Counted from the first letter of the stretch, positions 20,879 through 31,082 are shown. The stretch is 64,000 nt of DNA from Methanobacteriota archaeon (GCA_004195635.1 PSPT01000003.1:38146-102145); one strand, 5' to 3'. The notes: generated by a model not told the origin, from the sequence alone. A program made the numbers and translations.

Positions 20879-21181
20879 ATGCAGGCGATTTCGCGAGGTT
20901 TATTGTTCGGCGGTGGCGGAATCCTTCTGCTGGTTGCGGCGCTCCTCAATATTTCAGATTCAACTCAATTGTTGATTACTGTATTAATTATTTATGCTGC
21001 GGCACTTGTATTTGTAATTCTTTTTGGAAATAATCAAACACCTAACGAGAGCGAAACTGCGAATGTTGGCGTTCTTGGACACAACCTAAGCAATCAGGTA
21101 AATACTCAGGATTACGATGGGAGTGAAGAAAATCAGTTGGTTGATCCTTTGGATAATGGATTTGACATTCCACTCCTATAA
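20879..21181 (+). CDS. Small two-TM membrane protein with acidic tail
   Basis: Two hydrophobic helices; ends DPLDNGFDIPLL. Confidence 0.75.
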   Translation: MQAISRGLLFGGGGILLLVAALLNISDSTQLLITVLIIYAAALVFVILFGNNQTPNESETANVGVLGHNLSNQVNTQDYDGSEENQLVDPLDNGFDIPLL

Positions 21182-21262
21182 TGTGAGTGGGTGAGGGACA
21201 TCCGTGTTCACTCTGCCGAGGTAGAGTGTGTCTATTTCGTGTTGTATGTGAGATTTGTTGCA

Positions 21263-23344
21263 TTAAGAATAGGTGAATGTGTGTTCAATATCCATTGCCC
21301 ATAGTTCTATGCCGCTGCTTCCATCATCCGCATCAAAGTAGATTGTAGCACCGACCAATATTGCTTCCATGCCATATCCAGGGACACTGTCGCCACTCCC
21401 GCTGTTGATATCAGCCACCTGCCAAGTTGAAGAGGAGGTGGTGCCATGCGCCCATAATTCGTAGCCGCTGCTTCCATCATTCGCACCGAAGTAGAGCGTA
21501 TCACCGACTAATATTGACATGTAAATTCCAACTTGACTGCTGCCGGTGCCGCTGAAGATATCAGCCACCTGCCAAGTTGAGGAGGTGGAGGTGTCATGCG
21601 CCCACAGTTCGCTACCACTACTTCCATCGTCCGCACTGAAGTAGATTGTATCACCGACTAATTTAGCCATAATTCTTGATTGGGCTGGGGTCCATCCGGG
21701 GTGACTGCCATTGCTCCCGCTATTGATATCAGCCACCTGCCAAGTTGAGGAGTTGGAGGTGTCATGCGCCCATAGTTCGTTGCCGCTGCTTCCATCATCC
21801 GCATCAAAGTAGATTGTATCACCGACCAATATTGCTTCCATGTGTTGTCCGGGATAACTGCCCGTAAGGCTGCCGCTGTTGATATCAGCCACCTGCCAAG
21901 TTGAGGAGTTGGAGGTGTCATGCGCCCACAGTTCCTTGCCGCTGCTTGCAGTATTCGCACTGAAGTAGAGCGTATCACCGACTAATATTGCCATGTAACT
22001 TCCAACTTGACTGCTGCCGGTGCCGCTGAAAATATCAGCCGCCTGCCAAGTTGAGGAGTTGGAGGTATCATGCGCCCACAGTTCTCTGCCGCTGCTTCCA
22101 TCTTGAGCACTGAAGTAGATTGTATCACCAACTAATATTGACATGTGGTCACCGGGGTCACTGTCGCCACTCCCACTGTTGATATCAGCTGCCAGCCAGG
22201 TTGAGGAATTGGAGGTGTCATGCGCCCACAGTTCCTTGCCGCTGCTTGCAGTATTCGCACTGAAGTAGATTGTATCGCCGACCAAAATTGATATGTCTTG
22301 TCCGATATAACTTTGAAGAGAGCCGCCGAAATCAAGCACCTGCCAAGTTGAGGAGTTGGAGGTATTATGTGCCCATAGTCCGCCACTCGCACTGAAGTAG
22401 AGCGTTTTGCCAACCAATAGTGACATGTAATATCCGGGGTCACTGTCGCCACTCCCACTGTTGATATCAGCTGCCAGCCAAGTTGAGGAGTTGGAGGTAT
22501 CATGCGCCCATAGTTCCGCACCGTTGCTATATTCAAACGCACTGAAGTAGAGCGTGTCACCAACCAATATCTTCATGCCCAAAGAGCCGGGATAACTGTT
22601 GGTGGTGAAACCATTACCGTTATTGATATCGTCAATTTGCCAGACTACGGGTTTGCTGCAATAGGTTGTTGTATAGTCAACTTCTCCTGATTCAAGTACG
22701 CTATTTTGGGCAGTCCCACCACCATCGCCGTCGTCAAGACCTTGCATCGTCACTCGCCCACCGGCAGTGCATCCTAATGATGCTGCTGGGGCTGAAATGC
22801 TGGTAAGCATGATGTTGGGAGAAGCGCTTCCATTTGTGCCGCCATTTTGACCAGGTATTCCTTGTGGTCCTGCGGCTCCATTACAAATATCTACCGACAT
22901 AATAACTTCAGTCATGTCGAGAACTCCATCTCCATTACTATCATCACCGATTTCAAAGGAGTTTCCTCCGGTAGTGCAAGTAGTGCTTGATAGGATTCTA
23001 ATTAGGGTGGAAATACCGTCAGTTCCATTTGCACCATCTGCACCGGCGACACCATCTGCACCGGCGACACCATCTTGACCTGAAATATCAATTACTTGCC
23101 ATCCGCTACTTGTGCAAACTTGAAATTCTGAATCTGCATCAATATAATACAATCGGCCGTTTGTCGTTGAATCACAAGTAGGTAAATCAGATGCAGTAGA
23201 GGCAAAATGAACTTGCCAGTCATCTAAAGTATCTGTTGGCGTGTCATCTGGATTATCATCGACTGGATCATCGCCACCGAAGCATCCTGTAAGCGGGGCA
23301 AGCAAAAGTATCAGGCATAAAAGCAGAGGTGTTGTGTTCTTCAT
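21263..23344 (-). CDS. ELWxxDGT-type repeat (beta-propeller) lipoprotein with collagen-like linker
   Basis: LTGCFG lipobox-like motif; GxD triplets; 9 ELWAHD-type motifs. Confidence 0.85.
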   Translation of the reverse strand: MKNTTPLLLCLILLLAPLTGCFGGDDPVDDNPDDTPTDTLDDWQVHFASTASDLPTCDSTTNGRLYYIDADSEFQVCTSSGWQVIDISGQDGVAGADGVAGADGANGTDGISTLIRILSSTTCTTGGNSFEIGDDSNGDGVLDMTEVIMSVDICNGAAGPQGIPGQNGGTNGSASPNIMLTSISAPAASLGCTAGGRVTMQGLDDGDGGGTAQNSVLESGEVDYTTTYCSKPVVWQIDDINNGNGFTTNSYPGSLGMKILVGDTLYFSAFEYSNGAELWAHDTSNSSTWLAADINSGSGDSDPGYYMSLLVGKTLYFSASGGLWAHNTSNSSTWQVLDFGGSLQSYIGQDISILVGDTIYFSANTASSGKELWAHDTSNSSTWLAADINSGSGDSDPGDHMSILVGDTIYFSAQDGSSGRELWAHDTSNSSTWQAADIFSGTGSSQVGSYMAILVGDTLYFSANTASSGKELWAHDTSNSSTWQVADINSGSLTGSYPGQHMEAILVGDTIYFDADDGSSGNELWAHDTSNSSTWQVADINSGSNGSHPGWTPAQSRIMAKLVGDTIYFSADDGSSGSELWAHDTSTSSTWQVADIFSGTGSSQVGIYMSILVGDTLYFGANDGSSGYELWAHGTTSSSTWQVADINSGSGDSVPGYGMEAILVGATIYFDADDGSSGIELWAMDIEHTFTYS
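21290..22640 (-). repeat. Intragenic in-frame tandem repeats of about 125-160 bp (ELWAHD blades)
   Basis: Recurring gccaagttgaggagttggaggtgtcatgcgccca and gaagtagattgtatcacc blocks. Confidence 0.9.
23032..23074. repeat. 18-bp tandem repeat encoding DGVAGA collagen-like units
   Basis: caccatctgcaccggcga twice plus a partial copy. Confidence 0.85.
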
Positions 23345-23463
23345 GTGCCGCACAAAGAGTATATATTAATAAGATTTCTTGCGACATACCTCTATTTCTG
23401 AGGTGAGGATTTACGCAGTAGATTACTATTAGCGGTTGCCCAATAAGGAACCGATTGCAGAAA

Positions 23464-23709
23464 TTATGTGAGTGGGTGGGGAACTCCCTTCTCTCCAAGA
23501 GTCCACTTGAGAGTCTTAACGACCCCTTCAAGTGCTTTGAAATTCCTTGCTCCCTCTTTCATACCGTCGCGGTCACCATCTCGTTGGCATTGTTCAAACC
23601 AAGATTTCCACTCGGCCATCCTCGCTTCTGCCTTTACCAGCATTTCCTCAATCTCCTCCCAAGTTCGGTTATATGACCTCTCGGGGGTGGAGTCTTCCCA
23701 TCCAGTCAT
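23464..23709 (-). CDS. Small helical hypothetical protein
   Basis: 81-aa ORF, RNFKALEGVVKTLKWTLG; TTCATA box at about -30. Confidence 0.8.
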   Translation of the reverse strand: MTGWEDSTPERSYNRTWEEIEEMLVKAEARMAEWKSWFEQCQRDGDRDGMKEGARNFKALEGVVKTLKWTLGEKGVPHPLT

Positions 23710-23912
23710 AAATATTCGCACTTTATTTTGGTATATGAAGGAAGTCCCGACATTAGTCAAAACACAAAAATTGTCATTTTAGAAAAATGATTGATTATCG
23801 CCTTCAAAGTGGTACAAAATAAAAATAATTTGTACACCTTTTGGAAATTAATTTCCGTAAAGCGGAAGTTAATGTGAAAAACTATCAATTTACAATTATT
23901 AACTGAAATCCA

Positions 23913-24941
23913 CTAATCTTTCTTTACTGAACGACCTCGATTTCCACGAGCGGTAGCAAAGGAACTCACTCTGGCCTTCTTTTTTGGCTTTGTTCGTCGC
24001 GTCCCATCTCCTCCCAAAGAATCAGTAGAAGTTGTGCCTCCAACCGATAGAGAACCGGAAGAAAGTAATTCACTCACCAGTTCATTAGCGACATCCTCAT
24101 CATCAGCCCCACTTTTCAACTCATCAGTAACTGCCGCATTATGTTCGGTCATCCAAGACTTGCGCTCTTCATGTTGTACCTTTAACTCATTTCGGGCTTC
24201 GGTAACTTGGTCCATTAATTCAGACATTTTACCATGAATCTCATCTGCTTTTCCTCTCTCTTCAAGGAAACCATTGTGAAGTCGGTCGCCCTCTGCTTTT
24301 AGGAAGTCGCGTTGCTCAAACATTCCATCTAACACCTCACTCATAGCATCTGAAATCTTTACTTGCTCAATCATTGCTTGGTGGGAAACATCTGCTTCAG
24401 CCTTTAGTGTTGCAATTGCTTCGTCAATATTAGACAAGTCAATCTTTACCATCTCAAATTTCTTTATTGAGGGCTCCAATTCTGCTTGCCTTCGCTTTAA
24501 CTCCTTAATTGCCTTGATCATGTTCTTTTCTTTTGATGGAGTTAATGTACCACCAGTTTCAAACCTTTTTTCTAACATTGAAACTTCGGACAAAATTTTA
24601 TTGTATTCCCCAACAACTGAACCCTCTTTCTTGGAATTACCACGGTTTCCGCTCTGTTGTGCATAGAGGTCGCGTAGTTGTGCTTGCATTGCATTACGGC
24701 GCTCCTTATGTTGATTGATTAATTCGCGAACTGCTTTTCGTTCTTCGAGTTTTTCATCAAGTGCAATACGATGATCTTTGTAATGTGTTTGCACAGCATT
24801 TCTCTGTTCTGCAAAACGCTTCGCAGCATCATTGAAATTATTTCGCACATCGCGCATCTTGCGCACCTTTGCTTCCATCTCATGCAACCTATCATGCAGG
24901 TCTGCATCGGGGCGTTCTTCCTTTTCCTGACCTTTGGCCAT
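23913..24941 (-). CDS. Archaeal coiled-coil protein (COG1340-like), paralog 1
   Basis: Heptad repeats; RNNFN; LTPSKEK; ADxxH repeats; basic tail. Confidence 0.8.
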   Translation of the reverse strand: MAKGQEKEERPDADLHDRLHEMEAKVRKMRDVRNNFNDAAKRFAEQRNAVQTHYKDHRIALDEKLEERKAVRELINQHKERRNAMQAQLRDLYAQQSGNRGNSKKEGSVVGEYNKILSEVSMLEKRFETGGTLTPSKEKNMIKAIKELKRRQAELEPSIKKFEMVKIDLSNIDEAIATLKAEADVSHQAMIEQVKISDAMSEVLDGMFEQRDFLKAEGDRLHNGFLEERGKADEIHGKMSELMDQVTEARNELKVQHEERKSWMTEHNAAVTDELKSGADDEDVANELVSELLSSGSLSVGGTTSTDSLGGDGTRRTKPKKKARVSSFATARGNRGRSVKKD

Positions 24942-25113
24942 GAGCCTTGCGAAGTGCTTTATGGTTTCAAACCTACCCTGCCCAGTCGATTTCAATAATA
25001 CGATTGCCAAGTGCCCTGCCTCGACACTGCGATAGACAATTACAGTGGTTCATTTCAATGAGTCAATGAATGATTCACTCTATTTTTAGAAGGAAATAAC
25101 ATTCTGCTGAATA

Positions 25114-26868
25114 TTAAAAGAAACCAAACTGCTTCAATAATGCACTAACAAGAACGATTATTCCTGTAGCAAAAGAAAGGACTCCGGTACCAGATGAAAG
25201 TCGACGATTATATTCAGAGCGAACTCGGACATTGATTTGACGACCCGAAATTAGGTCTCCATCCATTTCTTCAAGCCGAATTGTAACTGTAGCTTCACCT
25301 AGACGTTCTGGTAATAGAGTTTGCCAAACGAAGGTACCCATGTCTAATAGATTTGACATTAGATCGAGGCCTTCATCAGCCACCGCGACTCCCTCTATAG
25401 AATTGTCAGAAGGCATGATAATCCCCTTCCCCGGTTTTAATGCACAGGTGAAAGAGAAATTACTCGGACGGAAATCAGGACTCAGAATACGAATTACTAC
25501 TTTACGCTCCACATCACTATTGTTGAATAATAGGCAAAAGAGATTTGCACTATCAAAGACAATGTTTTCCATATCAACATCAAAAATTAGTTCCTTTTGG
25601 TTTAAATCATTGAGCGAATTCTTGAGTTTGATTCGTAGTCGTTCAACCAGCCGGAAGAAAGCAGGGACTCTTTCGGTTACTCGGCGTAACAGATGAGTCC
25701 ACAATTCTTCATCAAAAACTGAGTGATGGGCAATAGACTCCCATGTTTCATCTCTAATTATTTTAAGTAATTCGTTACGGAATAATTTGGTGTTTAGCAA
25801 ACCTTCGCGATGGAAGTAGTGCAGGGCCAAAAATCGTTCAGTTGCCATGATTGGACTAATGCCTTGACGTAGAGATGAATTGAATTGAACCAAGAATTCC
25901 TCAAATTGGCTGGCCAATCGAGGGTCCATGTGAGTAGTCAGTAAATCGGTCCACACGCGGTCCAATGTAGCTGGGTGAATTGGAGGGTCGTATGCATCAA
26001 TTAGACCCCAGCGTTCACTGGCATTGTAAGGGCGACGGCTAAGTATCAAATGATGTCCAATGCTAAAAAGGCCAAATGAAGTAGCCAATAAGACTAGAGT
26101 TGACGCAATATTGCTCGTTATGCTAACCCAAAGTGCAGAGAGGTTAAGAATCAATAAACAAGTGATAATTCCAATCGCCATATTTCGTTGTTGAATAACC
26201 CCAGATGTATGATGTTTCAATGTACTTGTCCCATGCATGCTTTCCAACGGGCGACCTTCAAGGCGATACCTTTTTGTTTCTAATCGGAAGATTTTGTGAG
26301 TCACTACATACCTCTGTCTAACAATTACTAGGGTTATGAGATGGCCAATAAATATTACAAAGGCCAACAGAGATGTAGCCGTTGCGAAATTTATCCCTAA
26401 AGAACCTTCAGCACTATCCAGCCACCATGCCGGCGAGGAGGATAGGTTGAACCATGCCATGAACATCATCAAAGTGCCTACGGTAGGAAGGATTACCAAT
26501 AGGTGGATTCCTTCGGTTAGTAATAGACGATCTAACTTCACCAGTTTTTGCTCCTGATAAAGCAGTTTGTCTCGAGAAATAATCGTATCATTTATTCTTG
26601 CTTCAGCATTTACATTTAGAGGTAATGCATCATCCAATTCATCAGATGGCGGCTCATCATGTGGTTTCGCATCACCAATAGTAGCATCTGACTGTTCGGC
26701 AGATTCAGTTGAAACTGCACTTTCGTCTCCCTCACTTAGTAATTCCATATGCTGAGCTAATTCAGCATCACCAGACTTTTCGATGGTCGGTGGTGCAGAA
26801 TGGGCTGGAGTGGAAGGAACTGTTTGATCAATGGGTTGCGGTAAGTTCTCATCGTCCATTCTACTCAC
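25114..26868 (-). CDS. Hypothetical multi-pass membrane protein with C-terminal Ig-like domain
   Basis: Acidic N-terminus, 4 TM helices, helical soluble region, beta-rich domain, terminal TM helix. Confidence 0.75.
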   Translation of the reverse strand: MSRMDDENLPQPIDQTVPSTPAHSAPPTIEKSGDAELAQHMELLSEGDESAVSTESAEQSDATIGDAKPHDEPPSDELDDALPLNVNAEARINDTIISRDKLLYQEQKLVKLDRLLLTEGIHLLVILPTVGTLMMFMAWFNLSSSPAWWLDSAEGSLGINFATATSLLAFVIFIGHLITLVIVRQRYVVTHKIFRLETKRYRLEGRPLESMHGTSTLKHHTSGVIQQRNMAIGIITCLLILNLSALWVSITSNIASTLVLLATSFGLFSIGHHLILSRRPYNASERWGLIDAYDPPIHPATLDRVWTDLLTTHMDPRLASQFEEFLVQFNSSLRQGISPIMATERFLALHYFHREGLLNTKLFRNELLKIIRDETWESIAHHSVFDEELWTHLLRRVTERVPAFFRLVERLRIKLKNSLNDLNQKELIFDVDMENIVFDSANLFCLLFNNSDVERKVVIRILSPDFRPSNFSFTCALKPGKGIIMPSDNSIEGVAVADEGLDLMSNLLDMGTFVWQTLLPERLGEATVTIRLEEMDGDLISGRQINVRVRSEYNRRLSSGTGVLSFATGIIVLVSALLKQFGFF

Positions 26869-26880
26869 TCCTATTTCTGT

Positions 26881-27543
26881 CTAACACTTACGCAACAATA
26901 TTTGAATGCCAAATTTTGCAGCAATTTTCAATTCGGACCCGCCAATACTCCAAGTATCGGCGGCGACTTTATTCATGATACACCCAATGCTGATTCCTAA
27001 TGCAGCACATGCATCACCCTCGGACTTAGAAAGCAAAAATGCTACTACTTCGCCCTTTTGGCCAACTTCAAGAGTGGCTGCTGAAAAAAGCATATCAGTA
27101 TCTGATAATTGCACACCATCGGTTTCCGAAAAACTAGGAATTGGTTTACCCTCTGGATTTGTTTCAGGATAATTGAGGATTTTGGCAAATGTCATTTCCA
27201 AATCATCATTTACTGCATGTTCTAACATGCAAGCAGTTTCATGAACATCACCTTGGAAGTGGAGAACATCAATGAGAAAGGTTTCAATTATGCGATGTCG
27301 GCGCTTCACTGCCCGCCCCCTTGACAATCCTATTTTTGTGAGTGATGACCCCTTATATTTTTCATAATTAACAAAACCATTTCTTGCAAGACGTTGAACC
27401 ATTTCAGTCACTGAGGCAGGACTTACTCCTAGGGCCTTTGCCATGTCGCCAGTTCGCACAGAAAGTTCGGAATTCTTTTCATAGAACTCGTACATTGTTT
27501 CCAAATACTCCTCCTCAAATTCCTTAAAATGTCCTTCGCCCAT
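26881..27543 (-). CDS. DtxR/MntR-family metal-dependent regulator with FeoA-like domain
   Basis: EEYLE, LGVSPASVTEMVQRL, RRHRIIETFL, ACMLEH; GAGGTGA SD. Confidence 0.92.
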   Translation of the reverse strand: MGEGHFKEFEEEYLETMYEFYEKNSELSVRTGDMAKALGVSPASVTEMVQRLARNGFVNYEKYKGSSLTKIGLSRGRAVKRRHRIIETFLIDVLHFQGDVHETACMLEHAVNDDLEMTFAKILNYPETNPEGKPIPSFSETDGVQLSDTDMLFSAATLEVGQKGEVVAFLLSKSEGDACAALGISIGCIMNKVAADTWSIGGSELKIAAKFGIQILLRKC

Positions 27544-27553
27544 CGATTTCACC

Positions 27554-30238
27554 TCATCCGATTATTGCCATAAATTCTTTCTTACAGGCAGGGCATCTCG
27601 CCCTTGCCGGTCGCTTTTCAAGCGGGACTCGAAGTCTGGAATCACAAGAAGGACAGGATAAAATATCCTCAGTGCTAGATACCACTGAATCATTTTCGCC
27701 CTCATCATTATTTGTCGCAACTGGGCCTCTCCCTTTTGAATTGGGCAGTTCCTTTGAATCTACAGAATCAGCCTGACTGGTGGGTGATGGTGCCGGAGTA
27801 GTTTTAGTGGCCGGTGCTTCAACAAGTGCTGTGACAGGGAATTGATGTTTACATGCGGGGCATCTAGCAGTCCCGCCAAATGTTTCTGGAACTGAAAGAC
27901 GTTGTGAACATGCAGAGCATTCAACTTCACGGTTTTTCACTTTTTGTTTCCCCTCGCCCTTAGAAATCGATGAACTCGAAGAATGCCCTTTTGTTTGACG
28001 AGTAACTTTTAACTTACCTGTGGAAGAATCGGCATCACCTTCTTGCTTCCAAGTATATACGAGACGGGAGACAATTGCGATGACAATCGCTACTACCAGA
28101 CCAATTCCAATATCGAACCAGGGTATTTCAAAACTCGCTGAATCATCAACAAGCATGGAGCCTGAAAGATAACTTTGATCAGATGAAATAATTTCATTTC
28201 CAACTGCCCACATGCATGTCAAATCAACAACAGTTTTCCCTGGCCATGATTCAACTGTCAATTCTTGGCTCATTGTCGCTTCTTTGGCTATTGGTTCAGT
28301 TTCTATTTCTGCCAATAATACTCCATTGGAATTTTGCAGGCGTAACACTCCGGCTGAACTTGCAGCACCACCGTCATTTATCAAATTGCAAGTTACTACG
28401 GCAGAAGTGCCTTCATCTGGGCGAGGCGGAGATGGCATTTCATTGAGAGATAATGAAAGTTCAGGACGGGCTGAAGGTATTGTAGCAGTAGCAATATTAT
28501 CTCCGATATTTTGCCAGTTAATTGGGGATAGGCGAACAAAAACCTCGCCTTGAGACTGTAAATCTCCAACTTGAGAAGTAATTTGACGCATCCCACTTTC
28601 TAGATTCAAAGAGTAAGATTGCCGAATTTCTTCTGAACCATCTATTACGACTCCTAATTCCACACCGACTTCACGCGATTTCCCTGAGGATAATTGAATT
28701 GACCAGATAAAAGACACTCCATCGTCAACATCCCAAGCAACCGCTTCAATAGAATGACTAAGGCTTTGGGAAGGGCTGATGTCAAGGGTACGCACACCAC
28801 CTAATTCAGTTGAAACCAAACCATCAAGACTTTCCACATACCACGAAATGTTAGTACTTGAAGAATCGGCTAATACATATTCTACGAATAATTCTGCAGA
28901 TGCGCCTGCTTCAATACTGACTGGCTGCCCAACACCAGATGCTGAACTGCCAAAGACGAGGGCGGCTGAACCGGACTGATCTCCTGAATTATGGACGAGT
29001 ACAGAGACTCGAAGAAGGTCACCCACATGCCAAGGACCTCCTTGTAAAACTAGACCACCACCGCCGGCCATTCCGAATTCTGCTGCTTCCATGTCAAAGA
29101 AATAGGTCACTGAGGAAGTTGAAGAGGAGGAAATTCGCCCCCCATTTAGTAAACTACAGGATAAATTGCCTGGGCTCGCACTGACATTTAGTGAGTGCTG
29201 CCATACCTGCCCAACTTGGATGGATAGGGCTGAAGAAAAAACTTCGGTTTGATTTGTTGGCAAGGTGCAAACAATATCACCACTCCAATCATCTTCACCG
29301 CTATTGCTGGCATTAAGTAAGAAATTAGCGGCGGAGCCAATTTCAGCGGCGGCGGCATCATCACTACTTATTTCAATGGAAAGTAGAGGCAGTGGCGGCG
29401 GCGCAATAACAAGAGAATATGCGACATTATTGTCTGAACCATCTGTATCTCCACTTACATTAATACTAGCATTAAGGAAAATCATCCCCTCAAGAACCAC
29501 ACCAACTGGAACTTCAACTAGATAGGTAGAATCCGCAAGAATAGAAAAAGTAGAATTATTGTATACATTACTTCCTTCCCATGCTGAAAAGGAAACCGTT
29601 GCATTAACATCGCCGAGATTTACCACTGGAACCATTACTCGCAATTCATCACCATCGCGAACCGAGGCGCCGGTTTCCGAACCATTGGAATCAAAAGCAA
29701 TATCTGTCCACTGGTTTGAATCGGCAAGGCCTACAGAAAGAGGGCGCAAACGCATCACATAGAAATTTTCACTCACCGACCACCCAGTAGAGGGAGAAGA
29801 AGAAATATCTCCGGATAGAGTTAGATTAAGTGAATAAACTCCAACAGGAAGATTTGAAATTTCACGCGAAACAATAACGGCTGAATCATTCGTCAGATTG
29901 ATTACCTCATCAACTTCGAATACTGCAATGCCTTCTGGCGTCTGTAAACTGAGATTCAATACACCATCTGCTGAATCACCGCCAACCTCTGAAACAGTAA
30001 GGTTTACCCAAACGCTTCCAACTCCGACGTCACCATTGCCCTCAAGAGATACTGAGTTCAATTCAAAGGCTAAGCTGCCGGCGCCTGCTGCATTCACTAT
30101 AGGGGCTAATAAGGTAAAAACGAGAAGCCCCAAAATGAGTCCGACAAGCCTACCTCTACCGCCCACAAAACCACCTCCGCCTATGAGCCTCAAATGTGTT
30201 GCCCCATTTAGTAGGGTTTCGCTAACATTTATCCCCAC
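27554..30238 (-). CDS. Single-pass surface protein: CARDB-like ectodomains plus two cytoplasmic Zn ribbons
   Basis: VxNxG repeats; TM helix; CSAC..CPAC and CPSC..CPAC; start codon uncertain. Confidence 0.75.
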   Translation of the reverse strand: MGINVSETLLNGATHLRLIGGGGFVGGRGRLVGLILGLLVFTLLAPIVNAAGAGSLAFELNSVSLEGNGDVGVGSVWVNLTVSEVGGDSADGVLNLSLQTPEGIAVFEVDEVINLTNDSAVIVSREISNLPVGVYSLNLTLSGDISSSPSTGWSVSENFYVMRLRPLSVGLADSNQWTDIAFDSNGSETGASVRDGDELRVMVPVVNLGDVNATVSFSAWEGSNVYNNSTFSILADSTYLVEVPVGVVLEGMIFLNASINVSGDTDGSDNNVAYSLVIAPPPLPLLSIEISSDDAAAAEIGSAANFLLNASNSGEDDWSGDIVCTLPTNQTEVFSSALSIQVGQVWQHSLNVSASPGNLSCSLLNGGRISSSSTSSVTYFFDMEAAEFGMAGGGGLVLQGGPWHVGDLLRVSVLVHNSGDQSGSAALVFGSSASGVGQPVSIEAGASAELFVEYVLADSSSTNISWYVESLDGLVSTELGGVRTLDISPSQSLSHSIEAVAWDVDDGVSFIWSIQLSSGKSREVGVELGVVIDGSEEIRQSYSLNLESGMRQITSQVGDLQSQGEVFVRLSPINWQNIGDNIATATIPSARPELSLSLNEMPSPPRPDEGTSAVVTCNLINDGGAASSAGVLRLQNSNGVLLAEIETEPIAKEATMSQELTVESWPGKTVVDLTCMWAVGNEIISSDQSYLSGSMLVDDSASFEIPWFDIGIGLVVAIVIAIVSRLVYTWKQEGDADSSTGKLKVTRQTKGHSSSSSISKGEGKQKVKNREVECSACSQRLSVPETFGGTARCPACKHQFPVTALVEAPATKTTPAPSPTSQADSVDSKELPNSKGRGPVATNNDEGENDSVVSSTEDILSCPSCDSRLRVPLEKRPARARCPACKKEFMAIIG

Positions 30239-30264
30239 CCGTCCGGTCGCCGCAGCCGTTCCCC

Positions 30265-31080
30265 ATGGATGCAGAGACGCTTTTAAAAATCACGCCCGAG
30301 TTTTTGGCCAAGGCAATCATGCATAAACACGAGCGTTTAATTGAGGAATTGCCCCCAATTATTGCGGCCCGTCAAAATGAATTGGACACTTCTGAACCTT
30401 TGGCAAAACAGGCACGAAAACAACGAGACGAAATCAATGTAAAAGTTGCCAAACTAAAGACAGAAAGAAATGACTGCACCGCTAAAGCGAAGGTTCAAAG
30501 ACTATTGGCTAATGACCTAAGAGCGACCTTAGAAAGTGAAGGGAAATTGAAGAATCCAGACCCAAAATGGGCTCGTGAAAAGTTAAATGATGACATAATT
30601 AATTTGGAAAATGAATTGCAAACTCAAGCAGGTGACCACAAGAGTGAACAGAAGGTTTTGCGCAAAATTCGCAACCTCCAAGCGGAGCACGGCGTGTGGG
30701 TAGCCAGTAGAGTGGCAAATAATCCTGAAATGAAGGATTTCGCCGATGCCAGTGAGAGTATGAAGCGACTTTACGACCAAGCCGATAAGGCACATCAAGC
30801 AATGCTTGAATTGGTAGAGGAAAATGAGCAACAACATGAATTTTATTCCATGCACGAGGAGGCGCGAAGAGGTGCAAATAGCCAACTACAACGCACCGAG
30901 GCTGCCTTAAAGACCTCCACAATCGCAATCAATAATTGGCAAGGACGTCTTGAAAAGGGATTTGTAAATTTGCTCAAAGATGCTGAGCAAGTAAAAGCCG
31001 GTGGAAATTCAACCATCGCAATTCGCAGAAAGGCAAAACTTGCCGCTGAAGCAGCGGTTGAAGTACAGGAGGAGGAGTAA
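30265..31080 (+). CDS. Archaeal coiled-coil protein (COG1340-like), paralog 2
   Basis: RDEINVKVAKLKTERN; LENELQT; ADKAHQAM. Confidence 0.8.
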   Translation: MDAETLLKITPEFLAKAIMHKHERLIEELPPIIAARQNELDTSEPLAKQARKQRDEINVKVAKLKTERNDCTAKAKVQRLLANDLRATLESEGKLKNPDPKWAREKLNDDIINLENELQTQAGDHKSEQKVLRKIRNLQAEHGVWVASRVANNPEMKDFADASESMKRLYDQADKAHQAMLELVEENEQQHEFYSMHEEARRGANSQLQRTEAALKTSTIAINNWQGRLEKGFVNLLKDAEQVKAGGNSTIAIRRKAKLAAEAAVEVQEEE

Positions 31081-31082
31081 TC

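Larger units (their letters stand above)
21181..23488. mobile_element. Putative integrase-less gene cassette bounded by imperfect direct repeats (21181-21203 and 23466-23488)
   Basis: 13-bp exact core ATGTGAGTGGGTG, 19/23 identity overall; both copies encode VPHPLT on the minus strand. Confidence 0.55.

Noticed and set aside
21290-22640. CRISPR-like periodic repeats
   Set aside because: The repeats are in-frame coding blades with a period of about 125-160 bp; there are no unique spacers and no cas genes.
21263-23344. Diversity-generating retroelement target
   Set aside because: No reverse transcriptase in the window, no non-coding template copy, and differences are not confined to adenines.
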